A stretch of DNA of 64,000 nucleotides from Candidatus Caenarcanales bacterium (lineage in GTDB: Bacteria; Cyanobacteriota; Vampirovibrionia; LMEP-6097), in the NCBI GenBank assembly GCA_013216135.1, contig JABSOS010000005.1, forward strand, positions 140,682 to 204,681, written 5' to 3'. Both the position numbers and the translations under genes were made by a program. Each line of letters begins with the position of its first letter. Positions within the stretch are counted from its first letter, which is position 1. Under the pieces are notes generated by a model. That model had not been told where the DNA came from, searched no databases, and was given only the letters and a program-made list of their open reading frames with translations. Shown here piece after piece: positions 39,313 to 46,489 of this stretch.

Positions 39313-40365
39313 ATGTCTGAAACCTTAGAGAAAAAGTCTATTGCTGCTTCTGAAATTATTGAAGCGATAAAAAATGCTAAAACTGCTGTTGTAACAGCAC
39401 ATTTAAATCCAGATGGAGATACTTTAGGTTCTATGCTTGCTTTAGCGAAAGTCCTTGAGGACTTCGGTTTAGAAAGAGTTGATCGTGTTATGCACGATGA
39501 GGTTCCAGCTGTTTACACATTCTTCCCTGACCAAGAAAAAGTTTACTGTTCTATGCAAGATGCTGATAAAGCTCAGCTTTTAGATGAGTACGATTTAAGC
39601 TTTAGCTGTGATTGCGGTTCTATAAAACGTTTAGGTTCTGCTGGAAATATTTGGGAAAAAGCTAAGATTACAATAAATGTTGATCACCACCTTTCTAATC
39701 CCTTGTATGCAGATTTAAATTGGGTGGACGCAGAAGCAACTTGCACAGGACAAGTAGTAAAAGATATTTTAAATGATTTAAATAAATTGAATCAAAAGCA
39801 ATTAGAGATTGATAAAGATCTTGCTAGCCTTCTATACATTACTTTGCTTACAGATACTGGTGGCTTTAGACACAGTAATACTACTCCTCATGTTTTTGAG
39901 TGGGCAGCAGAACTTGTTAATCTAGGAGCTGAACCTAGCAAACTCTATAATTTATTATTTAACCAAATGCCTTATAGAACTATAAGAGTTATCGGTGATG
40001 CTTTAGACAGTGTAGAATTGGTTACGCTTGAGAATCCTACAAAGCCTCTCAGTATAGCTTACGCTACTACTTCTAGAGAGACTCTTGAGAAGCTTAATGC
40101 TAAAGATGAGGACACGGATGAAATCGTGGATCACCTAATGCGCATTAAGGATGTGGACATGTGTATTTATCTTCGTGAAGATAAGCTCGCTAACGCTAAC
40201 TATAAAGGCAGTCTTAGGAGTGCTTGTGAAGTTGATTGCTCTCAAATCGCGCTCCAACTGAATGGTGGTGGACATGCTAGAGCCGCTGGTTTTAATTGCG
40301 ATGCTACTAGCTTTGAAGATTTAAAGAGCAGAGTACTCGAGAAAATCTCTCAGGTACTGTCTTAG
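39313..40365 (+). CDS. nrnA: NrnA-like DHH/DHHA1 phosphoesterase (oligoribonuclease / pAp phosphatase family)
   Basis: HLNPDGDTLGSMLAL, DHH motif (VDHHLSN) and a GGGH DHHA1 motif near the C-terminus. Confidence 0.75.
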   Translation: MSETLEKKSIAASEIIEAIKNAKTAVVTAHLNPDGDTLGSMLALAKVLEDFGLERVDRVMHDEVPAVYTFFPDQEKVYCSMQDADKAQLLDEYDLSFSCDCGSIKRLGSAGNIWEKAKITINVDHHLSNPLYADLNWVDAEATCTGQVVKDILNDLNKLNQKQLEIDKDLASLLYITLLTDTGGFRHSNTTPHVFEWAAELVNLGAEPSKLYNLLFNQMPYRTIRVIGDALDSVELVTLENPTKPLSIAYATTSRETLEKLNAKDEDTDEIVDHLMRIKDVDMCIYLREDKLANANYKGSLRSACEVDCSQIALQLNGGGHARAAGFNCDATSFEDLKSRVLEKISQVLS

Positions 40366-40388
40366 CCTTTATCTTGCGTACCATGCCT

Positions 40389-40715
40389 TTATGAAACTAA
40401 GAATTGGATTTGATTAACAGATTCAATAATCAGCTCAGCTCTTTCACCTTCAGACATTTGGTCTAAATGAGCCCAGTTGTTAATTACCCATTCTTTTTTA
40501 TCTTCATCAATAAACTCTTCGTTCTCTTCCAAGAACTCGTCTAACGTCGCATACTCACGATGATAGTAAATCATAGCTATACTATCTGCTAGATAAGCTA
40601 TACATAAGCTATCATCTGGATGCTCATCAATTAACTCATGACAATCTACTAAGAACTTTTCTAATAATAAGTTTGAATTTAGTTTTGTATCAACAATGAA
40701 ATCTTCGTGCTTCAC
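40389..40715 (-). CDS. Small acidic hypothetical protein (108 aa)
   Basis: ORF downstream of, and co-directional with, the GHMP kinase. Highly acidic. Confidence 0.45.
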   Translation of the reverse strand: MKHEDFIVDTKLNSNLLLEKFLVDCHELIDEHPDDSLCIAYLADSIAMIYYHREYATLDEFLEENEEFIDEDKKEWVINNWAHLDQMSEGERAELIIESVNQIQFLVS

Positions 40716-40794
40716 TTGTTTACCCCCCTATTTTTAATTTACAGACATTATATTTACGGTCTAGGTTAAGAGGTGGATAAGAAAGCTATTTTTT

Positions 40795-42168
40795 TTAGAT
40801 AATTTGTTCTAGACTAGAAGAACTAGTATTTACGAGGATGGCTTTTTCGGCTTCTAAAGCCTCTTCTTTCTTTGAGTAATAATTTTTGATAAGAATTTTT
40901 TTTATTTTACTTGCTTTTTCTTTCTCTACTATTGCAAGATTATTGCCACCTAAGCCAGCTCCCATAATAGAACAGGCATGAACACCATCTATATTTAAGG
41001 CTATTTCAGCAAGTTCATCATTTACAGCAGTACTTGCTCTATAAGCACCTATGTGTTCACTTAACTTCTTCGTTAAGTCTATAGTTTCCTGAGTTTTCAT
41101 CCTTTCTTTACTTATATTTTCGGCAAAATGTGAAAGATTAATATGGCTGTATAATTTATTTTCTGAGAAATTTTCTTTAAGCTCTTTTAACCTCGCTCCT
41201 TCAGCAAGTGCATAAAGACTTAAATGTTTTAGTTTTTCATCTTCTATGGTGCCTATTAACTCTAAAAGTTCTTTATCGTTATAAATATATAAAAGATCAC
41301 CTAGGTGAAAGTTTTCTTTTTCTGAGAGATTTTCTGTGATTTCAGCTTTATTTTTCAATAACTTAAACCAATATTCATTTAAAGATGAGTACTTTTCAAA
41401 GTATTTAGGCGTGCTTCTATATTCTTTACTGGTTTTCTCTGCTTTGATAAAGCTAGGAAGAATCATAAAAGCTAAGTGATTAGGTATATCAATGTAGCTG
41501 TAGCTTAACTTTGGATAGAGTTTTACAAAGCAAAATTTATCTTTTTGTGAGAGCAGCTGTGCTGCTTGGTCACCTAAACCTGATTTGAAGCCTTTGGAGT
41601 GCTCTATTTTCTGACATAGTTTGAGAATTTCAAGACTTTCTGTTTTTGATTTAGGGGTTTGAATTTTGTTTAATATACTCTCGATTTTTAATGAAATACT
41701 TAAACTTAGCATCGAGGAGAGTATTAAGGCGTGAGAAGAACTCATTCCACCAGCTGCTGGGAGATTATTGTTAAAACCTATGTACAATTCTGCTATTTTT
41801 TGAAAAGATTCAGGAGAAGCTAAAAGAAGTTCATTTAGTAGTTTTAAAACATAGTAAAACCATTCAGATTTATATTCATCTATCTGAGGTTCATTTTTAG
41901 AATAGTTTTTACTTAAATTTAATTCAAAATCCTTAAAATCTGAATTTAGGTTGAATATTGTTATATTAAAAGTTTCAAGATTGTTTTCTGAAAGTGTCGC
42001 GGCTGAAGCCGCGTAAATATTATAGTTAGCAGCAATATAAAGTAAATCATTATTTACATAATCACAGTGTTTGCTGAAGCTAATTCTTCCAGGACATTTA
42101 ACTAAATTAAAGTTAGCTTTGCCTTGAAATATTTTGTGATTTTTTAAAGAGTCAATTAGTGAGGACAC
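40795..42168 (-). CDS. GHMP-family sugar kinase (galactokinase-like), GTG start
   Basis: Motif I CPGRISFSKHCDYVNND (cf. GalK APGRVNLIGEHTDYNDG), motif II PAAGGMSSSHALILS, motif III MGAGLGGNNLAIV. Confidence 0.65.
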   Translation of the reverse strand: MSSLIDSLKNHKIFQGKANFNLVKCPGRISFSKHCDYVNNDLLYIAANYNIYAASAATLSENNLETFNITIFNLNSDFKDFELNLSKNYSKNEPQIDEYKSEWFYYVLKLLNELLLASPESFQKIAELYIGFNNNLPAAGGMSSSHALILSSMLSLSISLKIESILNKIQTPKSKTESLEILKLCQKIEHSKGFKSGLGDQAAQLLSQKDKFCFVKLYPKLSYSYIDIPNHLAFMILPSFIKAEKTSKEYRSTPKYFEKYSSLNEYWFKLLKNKAEITENLSEKENFHLGDLLYIYNDKELLELIGTIEDEKLKHLSLYALAEGARLKELKENFSENKLYSHINLSHFAENISKERMKTQETIDLTKKLSEHIGAYRASTAVNDELAEIALNIDGVHACSIMGAGLGGNNLAIVEKEKASKIKKILIKNYYSKKEEALEAEKAILVNTSSSSLEQII

Positions 42169-42393
42169 TTACTTTACTGGAGGTAATTCAGTTTGACCAG
42201 TCTGGATTTTGATCGCCTCAATCAAATCATTAGGTTCTATGTAACCTTCCTCAAGAAGGATTCTTCCGATAGGAAACTTTTCTGCTGGGTCTTGATCTGC
42301 TTGAAGCGCAAGGGCTTTGTTTAGCTTCTCGTCATCAAGTACGCCAAGCCTAATTAAAATTTCACCTAATTTATAACGTTGCCCAGAACTCAT
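42169..42393 (-). CDS. Stand-alone MshEN (T2SSE_N)-domain mini-protein, putative c-di-GMP receptor
   Basis: Two tandem 24-residue motifs, KLGEILIRLGVLDDEKLNKALALQ and PIGRILLEEGYIEPNDLIEAIKIQ, matching RLGxx[LIV][LIV]xxG[LIV][LIV]xxxxLxxxLxxQ. Confidence 0.6.
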   Translation of the reverse strand: MSSGQRYKLGEILIRLGVLDDEKLNKALALQADQDPAEKFPIGRILLEEGYIEPNDLIEAIKIQTGQTELPPVK

Positions 42394-42516
42394 GTTAGTT
42401 AAATATTCTAGCAGGCTTTTTATGGCTAACTCAAGTTTGCTGAATCACAGTTTTAATCAAACCTTAATATTATTTTGATATATGTATAGCTGTAAGGTTT
42501 CAGAGGTACAGGTGCG

Positions 42517-43017
42517 ATGAGTATAGACATAAATACTTTAGGTAGATTTGATTTAAATAATGACGGAAAGTTAGATTCCGCAGAAAGGTCAGCATATGAT
42601 ACTTATGCTGATGAAGAGGCTTTAACTACGATTAAAGACAATATCACTGGAATTAAGGGTGATTTGGATTTAGCTTTAGTCGATCAGTTAGATATTAATG
42701 GCGATGGTGAACTTGGTAGAAGTGAAAGCCAGTCACTCAGTGCTTATAATCAACAAAATAATCAGATAAATTCTTCTAATTTTACCCCGAGTCCATTTGA
42801 GATGGATGCTGGTCTTGCTAATGATATGGTGGATGATTTAGGTGAGAATGTAAATAAATCAAATATTGCTTTTATAACTTTAGTAAAAGAATTTGGTTCA
42901 GAAGATATGGCTAGAGCCATTCAAGAAAACGCTGACACAAAATATGATGGCGACTCAATGAGCATGGAGTTTAACGTTGATGGTATAGATTTTACTTTAA
43001 ATACTCATTATGACTAG
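42517..43017 (+). CDS. EF-hand-like Ca-binding N-terminal module (DLNNDGKLD, DINGDGEL), ending at an in-frame TAG
   Basis: ORF with two DxNxDG loops. Its frame continues open after the TAG at 43015-43017. Confidence 0.5.
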   Translation: MSIDINTLGRFDLNNDGKLDSAERSAYDTYADEEALTTIKDNITGIKGDLDLALVDQLDINGDGELGRSESQSLSAYNQQNNQINSSNFTPSPFEMDAGLANDMVDDLGENVNKSNIAFITLVKEFGSEDMARAIQENADTKYDGDSMSMEFNVDGIDFTLNTHYD

Positions 43018-44283
43018 CAAAATGGTTCAATTGGTTCAGTTTTATCGAGTAGTGAGGATAATACATCGTCTTCTGGGATTCATTATCATGAAAATCATGG
43101 TGCTGTTCTCGTTGATTTAGAAAACAATCAAGTCACAAGTGGTACCTATGTCGATGGCACTGATTTTACTAGAACTGATATATCTGAAGATGGTCAAAGT
43201 TATACGGAGACGTCACGTCATGGAACTTCTAATGTCGTAGATGGTTTAGTTACTAGTGGAACTTATGCAGATGGAACTGACTTTACCAGGTCTCATGAAA
43301 CTGATGATAATTTAAATTACACAGATTCATTCGAGAATGGTGATTTCACAACTGTTGAAAACGGTGTAGTTACCGGTGGCTCTTATGGAGGGCAAACTTA
43401 CTCTAGGACTAATATTACTGACAATAATAACTATTCTCAAACAAATCAGGATGGTACTTTTGTGAATGTTGAAGATGGTTTAGTTAGAGATGGAAACTAT
43501 GCTAACGGCATAGAATTCACTAGATCATATGGCTCTGAAGAAGATGGTGACACTTATACAGATACATATAACAATGGTGATTTCGTCAACTTTGAAAATG
43601 GAGTTGTAGTAGGTGGTTCACACAATGGAGTTGCTTATACTAGAACTGATATTATCGATGGTGCAAACTACTCACAAAGAAGTGAAGACGGTACTTTTGT
43701 GAAAGTTGAAGACGGTAAGATTACTAGTGGAGTTTATAACAATGGTACTAATTTCACAAGAACATATTCTGCTGATAATACTACCTATACAGATACTTAT
43801 GATGATGGTACTACCTATTCAGCTCCTAATCCAGGTGCAAATGTTGCTGAGATCAATGGGACTACAGGTGCTAATCAAACAGTTGGGTCTTCAGATATTA
43901 ATGCTGACATCAATACACTAGGTAATATGAACAATGAATTAAATGAATTCATTTTAATGGATACTGATCTTGCAAGAGCTTCTGAGGCTGATTTACAAGT
44001 GGATAGGGCTATTCTGATGGATGAAATTCTTCAATCAGATTCACTTGATGGTATTGATAGACCGAATTTAATTACTCAAAAAGTTACAAGTGAGAACCTT
44101 GTGAATTTAAATGAGGCAACCTTAGTTGACCTTGAAAATCAGATGGGAGAATTCCTTGCTTTAGATACAGATTTAGCTAGAGCATCTGCGGCTGATACTA
44201 GGGTTCAAATCTCTACGACTAAGCAGCTTATTGATTTCCACAGATCTAATGTAGAATTCTATGATACTTTACTGAATTCATAA
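43018..44283 (+). CDS. Continuation of the same frame: six tandem repeats of about 39 aa (VxDGxVTSGTYADGTDFTR...) plus a conserved C-terminal module of about 115 aa. The true start is unresolved (first canonical start is GTG 43462)
   Basis: About 444 nt after the TAG are stop-free, carry no ATG/GTG/TTG, and encode the same repeat family as the annotated part. The C-terminus is near-identical to that of the RTX gene. Confidence 0.45.
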   Translation, partial: QNGSIGSVLSSSEDNTSSSGIHYHENHGAVLVDLENNQVTSGTYVDGTDFTRTDISEDGQSYTETSRHGTSNVVDGLVTSGTYADGTDFTRSHETDDNLNYTDSFENGDFTTVENGVVTGGSYGGQTYSRTNITDNNNYSQTNQDGTFVNVEDGLVRDGNYANGIEFTRSYGSEEDGDTYTDTYNNGDFVNFENGVVVGGSHNGVAYTRTDIIDGANYSQRSEDGTFVKVEDGKITSGVYNNGTNFTRTYSADNTTYTDTYDDGTTYSAPNPGANVAEINGTTGANQTVGSSDINADINTLGNMNNELNEFILMDTDLARASEADLQVDRAILMDEILQSDSLDGIDRPNLITQKVTSENLVNLNEATLVDLENQMGEFLALDTDLARASAADTRVQISTTKQLIDFHRSNVEFYDTLLNS

Positions 44284-44335
44284 CTAATTTTTAACTCCTG
44301 AATGGTATCAAGTAATGTGGTGTGAGATTTGAGAG

Positions 44336-46027
44336 ATGGCAATGAATAATAATTTTGCAGAAAACAGTCTAGTTAATTTAATCGAAAATAATTTATCTAG
44401 GAAAGGTGTAAAAAGCAATTCAGAAGATATAGATCATGTGCTAGAAAGAGCTGCGCAGGAAAATTCTAATATAGCTGCTATAGATTTAGAAGAAGTTGGT
44501 TCCCGTATCAGTACTTTAAGAGATAACCTTGGGAATACTGGTAATTCTAATAGTGATGTTATAAACACTGCTAATTTAAATGATGATATTGCATCGCTTG
44601 GCGGGGACGACACTATAAACTCTGGTAATGGTGATGATCTGATCCTATCTGGAGTTGGGGATGATCTAATCAATTCAGGTAATGGTAACGATATCCTAGA
44701 TGGAGGTTCAGGAGATGACACTCTTAATGGTGGAAATGGCAACGATAGAATCTTAGGTGGTGCTGGAGACGATTTAATTAATGGCGGTAATGGTGATGAT
44801 ACTGTGCATGGTGGTCTTGGAGATGATGAAATAAATGGTGGAAACGGTAATGATTATTTAAGTGGAGGTGCTGGTAACGATATTTTAGATGGTGGTAATG
44901 GTGATGACTTTTTAGTTGCTGGAACTGGAAGCAATACCGTTATCGGTGGTAATGGCAATGACACTGTGATTTTTGAAATGTCATCTGATAGCTTCAATAT
45001 AGATTATGATGATTCTGGAAATATTGTTATTACAGATGCTTCTGATAATAATAATTCTACTACTGTAAGTGGTGTTGAGAATTTTATCTTTTTATCTGAT
45101 GATGGTGAAGAAGTATTGTCAAAAGAAGAGCTAATCGAATTTATTGATAATGTTGGTGCTACTCAGGGAAATCAAGCCAATGGTCCAGCTAATGATAATG
45201 TGGATAATAGCTCTATTAATGAAGATCTTAGTACATTTGATACTATTAATAATCAAATATTACAGTTTATGTCTTTAGATACTGACCTTGCTAGGGCTTC
45301 TGAAGCAGATCTGCAAGTAGAAAGAGCTATATTAATGGATGAGATACTTCAATCTGATAACCTTGGTGATATAAATATGCCTGCTTTGTTGACTCAAAGA
45401 GTATCAAGTGTCAGCTCGGTGGAGATGAATGAATTATTATTAGCTGATCTTCAGGGGCAGTTGGTCGAATTCTTAGCCATGGACGGTGACCTTGCTAGAG
45501 CTGCTACTTCAGAAATATCAAGTCAAATTGCTGCAACTCAACAGATAATTGATTTCCAAAATTCTAATGTAGAGTTTTTCGATGACGTAATTGCTGGAAG
45601 AGATGTTAATAACGATAACAATAATAATGAAAATGAGAATATAAATGAGGACATCAATTCTTTGGATAATATTAACGACCAAATATCTCAGTTTATGTCT
45701 TTAGATACTGATCTTGCTAGAGCCTCTGCGGCTGATTTGCAAATTGATAGAGCTATTCTAATGGATGAAATACTTCAATCAGGTTCATTTGATGATATTG
45801 ACAGACCTAATCTAATTACTCAAAAAGTTGAAAGTGAAAATTTTGTGAACTTAAATGAGGCAACCTTAGTTGATCTTGAAAACCAGATGGGAGAATTCCT
45901 TGCATTAGATACTGATTTAGCAAGGGCTTCAGCTGCTGATGTAAGAGTTCAAATAACCCTAACTAACCAATTAATCGACTTCCACAGTTCTAATGTAGAA
46001 TTCTATGATACTTTATTAAATTCGTAA
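44336..46027 (+). CDS. RTX-type Ca-binding repeat protein with two copies of the shared C-module
   Basis: About 12 GGxGxDxLx nonapeptide repeats (GNGDDLILSGVGDDLINSGNGNDILDGGSGDDTL...), then the FMSLDTDLARASEADLQ...LIDFxxSNVEF module twice. Confidence 0.7.
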   Translation: MAMNNNFAENSLVNLIENNLSRKGVKSNSEDIDHVLERAAQENSNIAAIDLEEVGSRISTLRDNLGNTGNSNSDVINTANLNDDIASLGGDDTINSGNGDDLILSGVGDDLINSGNGNDILDGGSGDDTLNGGNGNDRILGGAGDDLINGGNGDDTVHGGLGDDEINGGNGNDYLSGGAGNDILDGGNGDDFLVAGTGSNTVIGGNGNDTVIFEMSSDSFNIDYDDSGNIVITDASDNNNSTTVSGVENFIFLSDDGEEVLSKEELIEFIDNVGATQGNQANGPANDNVDNSSINEDLSTFDTINNQILQFMSLDTDLARASEADLQVERAILMDEILQSDNLGDINMPALLTQRVSSVSSVEMNELLLADLQGQLVEFLAMDGDLARAATSEISSQIAATQQIIDFQNSNVEFFDDVIAGRDVNNDNNNNENENINEDINSLDNINDQISQFMSLDTDLARASAADLQIDRAILMDEILQSGSFDDIDRPNLITQKVESENFVNLNEATLVDLENQMGEFLALDTDLARASAADVRVQITLTNQLIDFHSSNVEFYDTLLNS

Positions 46028-46133
46028 TGAAAAATTTTATGCTGCGAAGACACCTGAAAGTTTGAACTTATGGCTGCTTGATTTCTCATCTGACCAGATT
46101 CGTCCGCTTTCACCGCCTTCGCAGCAAAACCTA

Positions 46134-46460
46134 TTATAACTTATATGGATCTACTTCTTCTTTAACTTTAGCAGTTTGTGAAATGATAGTTATCTTATTT
46201 GGACTTGCTTCAAGAACACCTTCAGAAAGAGTGTATTTAATATCTTCTTTTGACTCATCTAAAAAGCTTACTTTCATAGTACCAGGTTTGATATCTGACT
46301 TGATTTCAGCGTGATTCGGGAGAATAGTAAGTCCACCAAGTGACGTGTGAACTTTTATTTTCGTAACTTTATTAGCAACCAAAATACCTTCTTGGGTTAC
46401 TAATTCAAATTCTAGAAATTTATTATCAAGTTTTATCACGTTAATCCATAAGGATAGCAC
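46134..46460 (-). CDS. atpC: ATP synthase epsilon-subunit-like protein (beta-sandwich domain only), orphan
   Basis: FELVTQEGILVANKVTKIKVHTSLGGLTILPNHAEIKSDIKPGTM...YTLSEGVLEASPNKITIIS parallels E. coli epsilon (LGIYPGHAPLLTAIKPG...LSGGILEVQPGNVTVLA). Lacks the C-terminal helical hairpin and no atpD is adjacent. Confidence 0.55.
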   Translation of the reverse strand: MLSLWINVIKLDNKFLEFELVTQEGILVANKVTKIKVHTSLGGLTILPNHAEIKSDIKPGTMKVSFLDESKEDIKYTLSEGVLEASPNKITIISQTAKVKEEVDPYKL

Positions 46461-46489
46461 AATCTTGGTTTAATATTAATTAAAGGAAG

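Noticed and set aside
42166-43018. Alternative genetic code (TAA/TAG read as sense) to explain the two in-frame stops
   Set aside because: TAA and TAG terminate many well-supported conserved genes in the window at the expected positions (rplS, ribE, glmS, mfd, dnaK). A recoded genome is not supported. Local mutation, sequencing error or read-through is more parsimonious.
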